Shown: positions 1-8,864 of the stretch, piece after piece
How the letters are laid out: each line of letters begins with the position of its first letter
How positions within the stretch are numbered: the first letter of the stretch is position 1
Source of the DNA: Alphaproteobacteria bacterium
GTDB taxonomy: Bacteria; Pseudomonadota; Alphaproteobacteria; CACIAM-22H2
DNA: 64,000 nt
Assembly: GCA_035457725.1 (NCBI GenBank)
Contig: DATIBC010000044.1
Span: forward strand, 6,458-70,457
Direction of reading: 5' to 3'
Program-made: the position numbers and the translations under genes
The notes under the pieces: generated by a model
The model's database searches: none
Seen by the model: the letters and a program-made list of their open reading frames with translations, nothing else
Told to the model about the DNA's origin: nothing

Positions 1-342
1 CGCATCGCCGGCGTCAGCGGCATTGTCGGCGGCTTGCTCGGGGCCAAGGCGAGCGATGTCGCATGGCGCATTGCGTTCCTGGCCGGCCTCATCGCCGGCG
101 CGGCAGCGATGAACGTCCTGGCGGGTTTCGCGGCGCCTATGCCGGTTCAACGCAACGTCGTGGTGCTGGCCCTGGCCGGCGCCCTGGTTGGATACGGCAC
201 GCGTATGGGCGCCGGCTGCACCAGCGGCCATGGCGTCTGCGGCATCGCCCGGCTGTCCAGCCGGTCGCTAATCGCGACCGTTGTGTTCATGGCTAGCGCT
301 GCGAGCATCGTTTTCGTCACGCGTCACGTGCTGGATGGCTGA
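1..342 (+). CDS. YeeE/YedE-family (sulfur-compound transporter-like) membrane protein, 5'-partial (continues upstream of window)
   Basis: Frame is open from nt 1 in the same frame as the 34..342 ORF. Hydrophobic sequence with a GAGCTSGHGVCG motif characteristic of YeeE/YedE (DUF395) repeats. Confidence 0.7.
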   Translation, partial: RIAGVSGIVGGLLGAKASDVAWRIAFLAGLIAGAAAMNVLAGFAAPMPVQRNVVVLALAGALVGYGTRMGAGCTSGHGVCGIARLSSRSLIATVVFMASAASIVFVTRHVLDG

Positions 343-344
343 CC

Positions 345-788
345 ATGACCATGCTCGTACCGTTTTTCGCGGGATTCGTATTTGGGGCGGGCCTTGTCGT
401 ATCGCAAATGGTGGATCCGGCCAAAGTGCTTGGGTTTCTCGATATCGCCGGCGCCTGGGATCCCAGCTTGGCGCTGGTCATGGTGGGGGCGCTCGCTGTT
501 ACGGCAATAGGATACCGTGTGACCTTTCATCATGGACGACCGCTTGCCGCCGAACGCTTCCAGCTTCCGACGCGGACCGACATCGACCCGCCGCTTGTTG
601 TTGGTGCCGCGTTATTCGGGCTCGGATGGGGTATGGCCGGCTATTGTCCTGGCCCGGCGATTGCGTCGCTCGCCTTCGGCCAGACCGAAATTGTCGTATT
701 CGTCCTGGCGATGCTTGCCGGAATGGCCACCTATCGATTTACGGGAGATCGCCCGGTGAGCGGCCGCTACCCCCAAAGCGCCGATTAG
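345..788 (+). CDS. YeeE/YedE-like small membrane protein (second half-size partner)
   Basis: Starts 3 nt after the upstream stop. 147 aa, multi-TM and Gly-rich (FGAGLVVSQMVDPAKVLGFLD), resembling the second component of split YeeE/YedE pairs. Confidence 0.65.
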   Translation: MTMLVPFFAGFVFGAGLVVSQMVDPAKVLGFLDIAGAWDPSLALVMVGALAVTAIGYRVTFHHGRPLAAERFQLPTRTDIDPPLVVGAALFGLGWGMAGYCPGPAIASLAFGQTEIVVFVLAMLAGMATYRFTGDRPVSGRYPQSAD

Positions 789-946
789 GGCGGCGCCGGC
801 GGTCTTACGCCGATCCTTACCGTATTTTCACCAATCTTTCGCTACCGTGACCCGGGCGCGCGTTGACGCGCCGGCAGGCTGGTCCAAAATGCCGCCTGCT
901 CAGGGCATCGATGTGCCGATTCGCTTGGGGACGCGGGAGCGATCGA

Positions 947-1843
947 ATGGCGCGCAAGGTCTGGCTCGAAGTGGCCCTCAACGGCCCTTGGGGGCGCGGC
1001 CGTCGACCGGGCATTCCGATCACGATCGACGAGGTGATCGCCGACGGCGTCGCATGCGCCGAAGCCGGCGCCGCGGTCATTCACGTCCATGCCCATGACG
1101 TGAACACGGGTCGCCAAAACGACGACGTGGCGACCTTCCGCGCCATCATCGCCGGCATTCGAGCGCGCGCCGACGTGATCGTTTATCCCTCAATACCGTT
1201 CATCGGCGATCGCGACGCGCAGGCGGCCCTCGATGCCGCGAAGCGGTTCGCCGCCATCGCCCAACTCGGCGCTTCGGGATGCCTCGAATGGGCTGCCATC
1301 GATCCCGGCACAACCCACGTCGCCGCCTACGCCGACCTTGCGCGAGGCGCGGAGGCTTCTATCCATCTCAATCCTGAGGCTCACATCCGCTACGGCCTAT
1401 CGCTGGCGGCGCGGCATCGTTTCCACCCTGGCTACGCGATCTACGAACCGGGTTTCCTGCGGCTTGGCGCCGCGCTGGCGCGCGCGATGCCCAATGTGCC
1501 GCAAGCGGTGTATCGCTTCTTGTTCAGCGACGACTTCGCCGTCGGGTTTCCGCCGCGGCGCTGGGCACTCGAGGCTTATTGCTCGCTGCTTGCCGAGGCG
1601 GCGCCCGGTGCTCCGTGGATGATCGCCGGACTCGGCGCCGACATCCTGCCGCTCGTCCCGCTCGCGGTCGCTGCGGGCGGCCACGTCCGCGTCGGCCTCG
1701 AGGACGCGCCGTTCACGGAGCGACGCGCCAATGTCCAGCTTGTCGCCACGGCGCGCGATGTGATTCGCGCGGCCGGTTGTACGCTGGCCACTGCGCGCGA
1801 CATTCGCGCCGATTTGCTATCGGGAGAACGTCGTGTCGCGTAG
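947..1843 (+). CDS. 3-keto-5-aminohexanoate cleavage enzyme (BKACE/DUF849) family protein
   Basis: MARKVWLEVALNGPWGRG...IPITIDEVIADGVACAEAGAAVIHVHAHD is the typical BKACE TIM-barrel N-terminus. I took the internal ATG at 947 rather than the ORF-track start at 863. Confidence 0.7.
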   Translation: MARKVWLEVALNGPWGRGRRPGIPITIDEVIADGVACAEAGAAVIHVHAHDVNTGRQNDDVATFRAIIAGIRARADVIVYPSIPFIGDRDAQAALDAAKRFAAIAQLGASGCLEWAAIDPGTTHVAAYADLARGAEASIHLNPEAHIRYGLSLAARHRFHPGYAIYEPGFLRLGAALARAMPNVPQAVYRFLFSDDFAVGFPPRRWALEAYCSLLAEAAPGAPWMIAGLGADILPLVPLAVAAGGHVRVGLEDAPFTERRANVQLVATARDVIRAAGCTLATARDIRADLLSGERRVA

Positions 1844-3242
1844 AGCTCCCGACTGGCGGCGCCTGCGTTCGGTGCTGGCGGTCTCCCTCGTCATGGTCGC
1901 CGCAATACCGTCGTCGCCATCGGCGCAGCGCGGCGCGAACGACGGCGCCTATCAACTCGAACTCGTCCGTGAAGGGTATGACTTGACGCGGCTCGAGGCC
2001 GATGGGCTCGAGGCCGTGTTGCGGGCTAATCCCGATGACCTCGCCGCCCGCGCCAAATTGCTTGGCTATTACGCCGGCCCGGCGCTCGGCCATAGCGTGG
2101 CGGGACAAGTCGTTGCCCAACGCCGGCATCATATCTTGTGGTTGATCGAGCACCATCCGGGCTCCCCCCTCGCCGGCAGCGCCGAGGCGACGATCGATGC
2201 CCAAGGTCACGTCCTCGCCGACGGCAAGGGGCACGAGGAGGCGCGAGCGCGCTGGCTCGATCTGGTCGAGAATTCGAACGCGCCATCGGCGGTCGTGCGC
2301 AATGCGGTCAATTTTCTTCAGTTTAGCGACCGGTTCCTGGCCGAAGTGGTGTTGCAAAAAGCTCGCGAGCGTGAACCTGCCAATCGCGGCTGGACGCGCG
2401 ATCTCGGTCGATTGTACGCGCTGGGCCTGTTGCGAGTTTCCGGATTTACCCCGCGCGGCGCGCCAAGCGGAATCGACTTCAGCGATGCGGCGATCGATTT
2501 CTCGCGCAAATCACGCGCGGTTCTTGAATCGTCGAACGATATGGCGCTGCTCGCCGCGGCCGGCCCTTTCATCGCACAGTACGGCCCTACCATTCGTCGC
2601 GCCGGCCTCGACGGATTTGGCCCGGAGGCGCAACGCGTCAGCGAACATATACTCATTCGCAGCCAAGCCTGGTCGGCGCTTGCGCGGCTTTACCTGTTCC
2701 AGCGCGACGCTGGAACGAGCAGCGCAGCGCGCGGCGCCGCGGCAAAGCGTGCGCTCGGCGCCTATGAGCGGCAATTCGCGACAATCCAAGATCCACGCGA
2801 GCGCTTCCGTCTTCTCGCCGGCGAGCGGCTCGCCGCGCTTGCGCTCGACGCCGCGTCGCCCAACCTGGCCGACTGGATCGCGCGGGAAATGCTGCGCTTG
2901 GCCGAAATGCATTCGCACGACGCGCTCTTTGGCGACGCGATGCATCAGGCCCATATCGCGCTCGGGCGCATCGCGCTTTCGACAGGCGCTCGTGACGCGG
3001 CGGTGCGGCATCTCCTTGACGCCGGACGCGCGCCGGGAAAGAGCCATCTCAATTCCCACGGCCCTTCGATGCGCCTGGCGCGCGACCTGCTCCTCGCTGG
3101 CGAGCGCGCCGCCGTCGTCGAGTATCTCGAGCTCTGCAAACCGTTGTGGGACGAAGGTCGGCGCGAACAGGTCCTCGATCGGTGGATCGCGACCATACGC
3201 GCCGGCCGCATGCCCGATTTCGGCCAGCAACTCGATACCTGA
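1833..3242 (+). CDS. hypothetical secreted/periplasmic alpha-helical protein
   Basis: GTG start with GGGAG 6 nt upstream, overlapping the upstream stop by 11 nt. N-terminal RR-containing signal peptide (WRRLRSVLAVSLVMVAAIPSSPSA). 469 aa, Ala/Leu/Arg-rich and helical, with no recognisable catalytic motif. Confidence 0.5.
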   Translation: MSRRAPDWRRLRSVLAVSLVMVAAIPSSPSAQRGANDGAYQLELVREGYDLTRLEADGLEAVLRANPDDLAARAKLLGYYAGPALGHSVAGQVVAQRRHHILWLIEHHPGSPLAGSAEATIDAQGHVLADGKGHEEARARWLDLVENSNAPSAVVRNAVNFLQFSDRFLAEVVLQKAREREPANRGWTRDLGRLYALGLLRVSGFTPRGAPSGIDFSDAAIDFSRKSRAVLESSNDMALLAAAGPFIAQYGPTIRRAGLDGFGPEAQRVSEHILIRSQAWSALARLYLFQRDAGTSSAARGAAAKRALGAYERQFATIQDPRERFRLLAGERLAALALDAASPNLADWIAREMLRLAEMHSHDALFGDAMHQAHIALGRIALSTGARDAAVRHLLDAGRAPGKSHLNSHGPSMRLARDLLLAGERAAVVEYLELCKPLWDEGRREQVLDRWIATIRAGRMPDFGQQLDT

Positions 3243-3250
3243 ACCGCGGC

Positions 3251-4861
3251 TCAGCGCTTGAGGATCGAGCCCAGCACGCCGCGAACGATCTCGCGTCCGA
3301 TCGAACTTCCCACCGTGCGCACGACGCTTTTCGCCATCGCCTCGGCCAGCCCCTGGCGACGACCCGAGCCGTAGAGGACCGATTCGAGCACGCCACCGGA
3401 TCCAGGCCGGGACGGTTGCTGCGCTTGAGATTGCGCGCGGCCAGCGCCCCGTGGCGGCACGCGCGGCGCTGTGGCGCTGCCCGCCGGGTCGTCGGCCGTC
3501 GATGGCGTTCTTACACCGCCGGGCCGCTGCCATGCTCCCGACCCGGCTGCTTGCGTTGCCTCCGCCGGCACGGTCGAGCCCGTCACGCTCTCCATCAGCA
3601 TTTCATACGCGGATCTGCGGTCGACCGTTTGCTCATAGACGCCGGCGAGCGGGCTCGCGGCGACGATTGCCGCCCGTTCCTCCGGCGTCACCGGACCGAG
3701 ACGCGATCGCGGCGGCAGAACGAGCGCGCGGTCGACGATTGACGGCATTCCCTTTTCGTCGAGCAAGGAAACCAGCGCTTCCCCGACCCCGAGCTCGGTG
3801 ATCGCCTTCGCGGTGTCCAATTTGGGATTCGTGCGAAACGTGTCCGCCGCGGCGCGGACCGCCTTTTGATCGCGCGGCGTGAACGCCCGCAACGCGTGCT
3901 GGATGCGGTTGCCGAGCTGGCCAAGCACGGCGTCGGGAACGTCCAGCGGATTCTGGGTGACGAAAAACACGCCGACGCCCTTGGACCGGATCAGCCGCAC
4001 GACCTGCTCGATCTTGTCAAGCAGCGCTTTCGGCGCATCGTCGAAAAGAAGGTGCGCTTCGTCGAATACGAAAACGAGTTTGGGCTTGTCGAGGTCGCCG
4101 ACCTCGGGAAGGTTTTCGAACAGCTCGGACAATAGCCAAAGCAAGAACGTCGCATAAATCCGTGGGCTCTGCATGAGGCGGTCGGCGGCGAGCACGTTGA
4201 TCGCTCCGCGCCCCTGCGGATCGATCATCATGAGATCCGTGAGCTGCAACGCCGGCTCGCCGAAGAAGCGCTCGCCGCCCTGCTGCTCGAGTTGCAGCAA
4301 GCCGCGTTGAATCGCGCCGATCGAAGCTTGGCTGACCGTGCCATAAGTGGTCGTCAGATCGCGGGCGTTTTCTCCGACCCAGGACAGCATCGAGCGAAGA
4401 TCCTTGAGATCGAGGAGCAGTAGCCCTTGATCGTCGGCGACCTTGAAGACCAGGTTGAGCACTCCCGACTGGACCTCGTTGAGATCGAGCAGGCGTGCGA
4501 ATAGCAGCGGCCCGACATCGGACACCGTGGCACGGACCGGGTGGCCCTGCTCGCCGAACAGGTCCCAGAACAAGGTTGGAAACCCTTCGAAGCGGTGGTC
4601 CGCGATGCCAAGTGCCTTGATCCGCTCGACGATCTTGGTCTTTGCGGCGCCCGGCTGGCTCAAACCGGCGAGGTCGCCTTTGACGTCGGCGAGGAATACG
4701 GGAATGCCGCGAGCGGAAAGCCCTTCCGCGATGGTCTGCAATGTCACCGTCTTGCCGGTGCCCGTGGCGCCGGCGATCAGACCATGTCGATTGGCGAAAC
4801 GCGGCAGCAGCACGTGCGGCCGCGCGCTCTTGGCGATCAAAACCTCCGGGGTCAGGGTCAT
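3251..4861 (-). CDS. DUF853 / HerA-like helicase-domain NTPase (YjgR-like)
   Basis: Walker A GATGTGKT near the N-terminus. Overall resemblance to the YjgR/DUF853 family, plus a low-complexity Ser/Gly/Ala/Pro-rich C-terminal tail. Confidence 0.8.
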   Translation of the reverse strand: MTLTPEVLIAKSARPHVLLPRFANRHGLIAGATGTGKTVTLQTIAEGLSARGIPVFLADVKGDLAGLSQPGAAKTKIVERIKALGIADHRFEGFPTLFWDLFGEQGHPVRATVSDVGPLLFARLLDLNEVQSGVLNLVFKVADDQGLLLLDLKDLRSMLSWVGENARDLTTTYGTVSQASIGAIQRGLLQLEQQGGERFFGEPALQLTDLMMIDPQGRGAINVLAADRLMQSPRIYATFLLWLLSELFENLPEVGDLDKPKLVFVFDEAHLLFDDAPKALLDKIEQVVRLIRSKGVGVFFVTQNPLDVPDAVLGQLGNRIQHALRAFTPRDQKAVRAAADTFRTNPKLDTAKAITELGVGEALVSLLDEKGMPSIVDRALVLPPRSRLGPVTPEERAAIVAASPLAGVYEQTVDRRSAYEMLMESVTGSTVPAEATQAAGSGAWQRPGGVRTPSTADDPAGSATAPRVPPRGAGRAQSQAQQPSRPGSGGVLESVLYGSGRRQGLAEAMAKSVVRTVGSSIGREIVRGVLGSILKR

Positions 4862-4910
4862 GGCGTCCTCACCGTCGTTCGATTTCGGATTGCCTAAGCG
4901 ACAAGCGCAC

Positions 4911-5654
4911 TCACGCGGCGCTGTAGCCGCCGTCGACGGGCAGCGTCACTCCGGTTACGAGGCTCGCGGCCGGCGAGGCGAGAAATATCGCCGCGCCAGC
5001 CAGTTCCTCGGGTTCCGCCCAGCGGCCGATCGGCAATCGCTCGAGAACCTTGCGATTGAAATCGGGGTTCTCGCGGCCAGGCCGGGTGATTTCGGTCTTT
5101 ATCCAGCCAGGTGCGATCGCATTGACGCGGATTCTATCGCTGGCCCAGGCTATCGCCAGCGACTTGGTGAGCGATGCGAGCGCCGTTTTCGCCGCGCCGT
5201 ACGCCGGAATGTGCGGGCTGCCAAAATAACTGTACATCGACGCGATGTTGATGATGCAGCCCTTCGAGGCCGCGAGGTGCGCCTTGAACGCGGTCGCCAG
5301 GCGCATGGCGCCGACAAGGTGGATATCGATGATCTCCTGAAACGTCTCGATCTCGTATTCCTTCCAGCGCACAAGCTTGCCAGCGCAATGAATGAGGACA
5401 TCGAGACTGCCGATCGATCCGGCCAACGCGGCGATGGCCGCGTCGTCGCGCACATCGAGGGAATGAAACGTGAAGCTCTTCGCCGCCAGATCGTCAGGAG
5501 GGGACCGCACATCGGCGAGGACGGGCGTTGCCCCCGCCGCGTAAAACGCGCGCGCGAACGCGGCGCCGATGCCGCCGCATCCGCCGCTGATGAGGACGCG
5601 CTTGCCCGTCACTCCGAACGACGGCGCGATCCAACTACCCGACTGTTCCATCCC
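4911..5654 (-). CDS. SDR family NAD(P)-dependent oxidoreductase
   Basis: [21 protein letters not shown] Rossmann motif and a YxxxK region ([13 protein letters not shown]). Start taken at the internal ATG (MEQSG). Confidence 0.8.
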   Translation of the reverse strand, partial: GMEQSGSWIAPSFGVTGKRVLISGGCGGIGAAFARAFYAAGATPVLADVRSPPDDLAAKSFTFHSLDVRDDAAIAALAGSIGSLDVLIHCAGKLVRWKEYEIETFQEIIDIHLVGAMRLATAFKAHLAASKGCIINIASMYSYFGSPHIPAYGAAKTALASLTKSLAIAWASDRIRVNAIAPGWIKTEITRPGRENPDFNRKVLERLPIGRWAEPEELAGAAIFLASPAASLVTGVTLPVDGGYSAA

Positions 5655-5695
5655 CCCGCTTTCGGTTGGTCGAAATCCGGCGCGAGCCACTTCGG

Positions 5696-5920
5696 TCAAG
5701 CGGGTGCGCCGCGCGCAAGGCGGCGGAACTGAGCACCGTTGACCAGCACGGCGCACGAAAAAGTACGTAGGACCGTCGGATTGTCGGCGCGGCGCAGCCG
5801 CGCATGGCGAACATTGCTTGGGTCGATATAGACGAGTTCGACGACCCAGGTCGCCGGCATTCTGCCGGTGCTGACGAAATAATCCCCGATGCTCACGGTG
5901 TCGTCGTGTTTACGAAACAT
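5696..5920 (-). CDS. hypothetical small protein (74 aa)
   Basis: ATG MFRKHDDTV... with roughly 70% GC at third codon positions, versus an AT3-rich antisense frame. It sits in an otherwise empty 580-nt divergent spacer. No recognisable domain. Confidence 0.25.
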   Translation of the reverse strand: MFRKHDDTVSIGDYFVSTGRMPATWVVELVYIDPSNVRHARLRRADNPTVLRTFSCAVLVNGAQFRRLARGAPA

Positions 5921-6230
5921 GTTATTGCGCCAACTCGCTTTCCTGCCCCGACCGAGCCCGGCCGCTGTCGCTGCGACGATTTGGTCATACACCGGACGCC
6001 TCAAATTCTCCAGAAATCTGCTCCGTTCGTGCGGGCACACGCATTTATTAACTGATTTATCGTCCCTTAACCACTTTTCGGCAGTCTTACCCTCCGATCG
6101 CCGAACGCGCCGCAGACGATGACGCGGCGGCAACGGCGATGCATCGGTGTCTGTCTGCCGTCGGTCGAGGAGCGACGCATTCGCTCGCCTTCGACCACGG
6201 TATCGCATGCGGGGAAGGCGGCCGAGATCC

Positions 6231-7910
6231 ATGCTGCACGCCGTGCAAGAGCGCTTCCAATTGGCAACATCGCGCGCAGGAATGACCTACCTGCTCGCCG
6301 CCGCCAGCGTCCTCGCGTTCTACTACTCGTATCGCTGGGGTCTCTTCGGTGCGCTGCCGAACATCGCCATGGTCGCGCCCGGAATAGGCGAGGATCCGCT
6401 CTCCAATGCGACACAAGTCGGCATCGTCGCCCTGCTGCTGGTTCTATCGGGACTCATTGGTTGGGTGCTCGAGACCGTCGCCTTCATGGCGGTGGTCGTC
6501 GGCTTCGCTTTCTGGGCTACGGCGGCGATCGGCGTCAGCGTTTATGCCCGCAAAGTGCACGGCGTCGATGTCGACTCGGTTCCGGCGCTCATCGTGCCGA
6601 TGATGGTTTATTTCACGGCGCTCATCCGCCAGCATGAAACCGTTCTGCGCGAGCGATTCGTCAAGAACATGGCGATCCAGCATCGCGACGCTTTGATCCA
6701 GAGCGTCATCGAACATAACGGTCAGGGCGTGTTCATTTGCGACGAAGAGGGCCGGATCGTCTTTTGCAATCACGCGGGCCTCGAAATCTTCGGCCGTACC
6801 GAGACCGAGACCCTCGGCGCTTCGATCGATGTTCTCAGCCCGACCCTGACGCAAGGTCGGCTTGGCCGCGAAATCTCGGCATACATCGCCGAGGCGCGCG
6901 AACACCGGGCGAAGATCGGACCGATCACGGCGTCCGGCATTCGCGCCAGCGGCGAAAACGAGTCATTCCCGATCGACCTGACCATCGATGTCGTGCGCCA
7001 TATCATCGTCGACCATCCGATGGAGATGCGCCGCGCCGATCGCCTGCTGTTCATCTGCTATATCGCCGACGCGAGCCTCACCAGCCGCGTCATGGAGGTC
7101 GAGGCGAACGCGCAGACCAGCGTGGCGCTTGCAGCGCGTGCGCGCGACGAGTTCCTGGCGAACATGAGTCACGAGCTGCGCACGCCGCTCAACGCCGTGA
7201 TCGGTTTCTCCGAGCTTCTTCGCGCCGGCGTCTATGGCAAGCTGAACGATCAGCAGAGCGAGCAAGTGCGTTCAATCCATGGATCGGCCGAGCATCTTCT
7301 CAAGATCATCAACGACATTCTCGACATGTCGAAGCTCGAGGCCGGCCATGGCGGCCTGCACGAGGAAGATCTCGACATCCGCGACGTCATTCAGTCGTGC
7401 ATAACCTTGATCAAGCATCGTGCGGACGAAACGCGGCTGACGATTCGCGTACGCGAGCTGTCGTCGCTGTATTACGTCTGCGCCGACGAGCGCCGCGTGA
7501 AGCAGGTGCTGATCAACCTGCTCTCCAACGCCGTCAAATTCACGCCGATGCACGGCAAGATCGATATCCTCATCCGTTTCACTCAGGAACGCAGCTGCAT
7601 CGTCCAAGTCGTCGACACGGGCGAAGGCATACCCGAGGACAAGATCAACCTCTGCCTGACGCCGTTCGGCCAAGTCGACAGCGGCCTCGACCGGAAATAC
7701 GAGGGAACAGGCCTGGGACTGCCGCTCGCCAAATCGTTCATGGAGGCGCATGGCGGAACCCTGGAGCTGACGAGCATTGTCGGCGTTGGCACCACGGTGA
7801 CGATTACTTTCCCGCCATCACGTGCGCGCGAGCTGATTGCGGGAACCCCGGCGACCACCGCCGAGCCGTTGCCGCCGCCTGGGTCGCGGCTTCTCTCGGC
7901 CCGCCGCTAG
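6231..7910 (+). CDS. PAS-domain sensor histidine kinase (4 N-terminal TM helices, HisKA, HATPase_c)
   Basis: H-box NMSHELRTPLNAVIGFSELL, N-box INLLSNAVKFT, and G-boxes DTGEGIP / GTGLGL. PAS-like region (GVFICDEEGRIVFCNHAG). Start (6231 vs 6282) is uncertain. Confidence 0.8.
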   Translation: MLHAVQERFQLATSRAGMTYLLAAASVLAFYYSYRWGLFGALPNIAMVAPGIGEDPLSNATQVGIVALLLVLSGLIGWVLETVAFMAVVVGFAFWATAAIGVSVYARKVHGVDVDSVPALIVPMMVYFTALIRQHETVLRERFVKNMAIQHRDALIQSVIEHNGQGVFICDEEGRIVFCNHAGLEIFGRTETETLGASIDVLSPTLTQGRLGREISAYIAEAREHRAKIGPITASGIRASGENESFPIDLTIDVVRHIIVDHPMEMRRADRLLFICYIADASLTSRVMEVEANAQTSVALAARARDEFLANMSHELRTPLNAVIGFSELLRAGVYGKLNDQQSEQVRSIHGSAEHLLKIINDILDMSKLEAGHGGLHEEDLDIRDVIQSCITLIKHRADETRLTIRVRELSSLYYVCADERRVKQVLINLLSNAVKFTPMHGKIDILIRFTQERSCIVQVVDTGEGIPEDKINLCLTPFGQVDSGLDRKYEGTGLGLPLAKSFMEAHGGTLELTSIVGVGTTVTITFPPSRARELIAGTPATTAEPLPPPGSRLLSARR

Positions 7911-7955
7911 GCTCGGAGACCGCCGAATGGATCGGAAGCGTTCACAAACGAAATT

Positions 7956-7986
7956 GCCGGAGCGCGGGCTTGCACCCGGCTCCGGC
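7956..7986 (+). terminator. GC-rich stem-loop 45 nt after the histidine-kinase stop (GCCGGAGCGCGGG-cttgca-CCCGGCTCCGGC, one bulge)
   Basis: Inverted repeat read from the sequence; no U-tract. Confidence 0.3.
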
Positions 7987-8144
7987 AGTGACGCCCTCGA
8001 GCGGTTGGGGGACAGCCGACCTCAGGGACAGTGCGGCGTCGGACTCGAAGGCGTTGGCCGAATGTTAACCACCCCGTCGATTGCCGCTAGCGACAATCGA
8101 CAGACGAGCGCGTGACAAATCTAGGATTAACCCCGGAGGGCGAC

Positions 8145-8213
8145 ATGAACTGGCCGACGTTCGACTTGTCGCATGATTGTCACATCGGCGCCGCGCGCGC
8201 CCCCCTTACCTAG
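8145..8213 (+). other. tiny ORF (22 aa, MNWPTFDLSHDCHIGAARAPLT) with GGAGGG Shine-Dalgarno 7 nt upstream; possible leader peptide/uORF
   Basis: ATG at 8145 preceded by ccccGGAGGGcgac. Stop TAG at 8211-8213, immediately before the bactofilin reading frame. Purely sequence-based. Confidence 0.2.
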
Positions 8214-8270
8214 TTGGCCGCCATGAAGACCTGGCGGCGAGTTTTGGCGACACGCAGAGGAGGACCACCC

Positions 8271-8831
8271 GTGGCACAAGATGTTATGAATCGCCCGCGC
8301 CCGACATCGAGTTACGATCGCGATCTCGATGACGTTCCGGATTTACCGCGCGACGATCTCCCCGATTTGCCGACGTCCAGCGGCTCGCCCATGCCGCCGA
8401 CCCCCGGTTCGCGGGCGGTCCACCCCCCCTATCGCCGCATGGCCGAGCCATCGGCGCCCGTCGCCAGTGCTGCTCCCAGCGCTCCGCCGGTGCGGAGCGA
8501 CGATGGGGCGAGTCGGCTCGTTGTCGGCCCCAACATCCGATTCAAGGGCGAGATCTCCTCGTGCTCGAATCTGATCGTCGAGGGCCGGGTCGAAGCGTCG
8601 ATGGACAGCGAGCGGATTGCCATCGCCGATGGCGGCGTGTTCATCGGCGAGGCGAAAGTCGACCTTGCCGAAATCGCCGGTACGTTCGAAGGCAAGCTTG
8701 TCGCCCGTCAGCGGGTGGTCTTGCGCGCCGGGGGACGGCTGAAGGGCACGGTCCATTACGGCGAATTGACCATCGAACCCGGTGGCCGGATCGCCGGTGA
8801 CGTTGCGCCGCTCGACGAAGCCAAGTCCTGA
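8271..8831 (+). CDS. bactofilin family cytoskeletal protein with Pro-rich N-terminal tail
   Basis: C-terminal beta-helical bactofilin (DUF583) core: LVVGPNIRFKGEISSCSNLIVEGRVEASM...GTVHYGELTIEPGGRIAGDV. GTG at 8271 sits 6 nt after AGAGGAGGA; alternative starts are 8214 (TTG, ORF track) and 8286 (ATG). Confidence 0.75.
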   Translation: MAQDVMNRPRPTSSYDRDLDDVPDLPRDDLPDLPTSSGSPMPPTPGSRAVHPPYRRMAEPSAPVASAAPSAPPVRSDDGASRLVVGPNIRFKGEISSCSNLIVEGRVEASMDSERIAIADGGVFIGEAKVDLAEIAGTFEGKLVARQRVVLRAGGRLKGTVHYGELTIEPGGRIAGDVAPLDEAKS

Positions 8832-8864
8832 AAGGCCGCGTACGAGCGGCGCCTGTAGATCAAG

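Noticed and set aside
2197-3261. 354-aa plus-strand ORF in an alternative frame
   Set aside because: It overlaps the 1833..3242 gene in another frame, is Arg/Ser-rich with no signal or domain, and the 1833 frame has the Shine-Dalgarno, signal peptide and coupling to the upstream gene.
4443-5732. 429-aa plus-strand ORF
   Set aside because: It spans, antisense, both the DUF853 ATPase and the SDR gene; it has no domain signature.
8214-8270. Bactofilin start at the ORF-track TTG (8214) or the ATG at 8223
   Set aside because: Neither has a ribosome-binding site, and the TTG immediately follows the uORF stop. The GTG at 8271 sits 6 nt after AGAGGAGGA, so the longer N-terminus was not adopted, though it remains possible.
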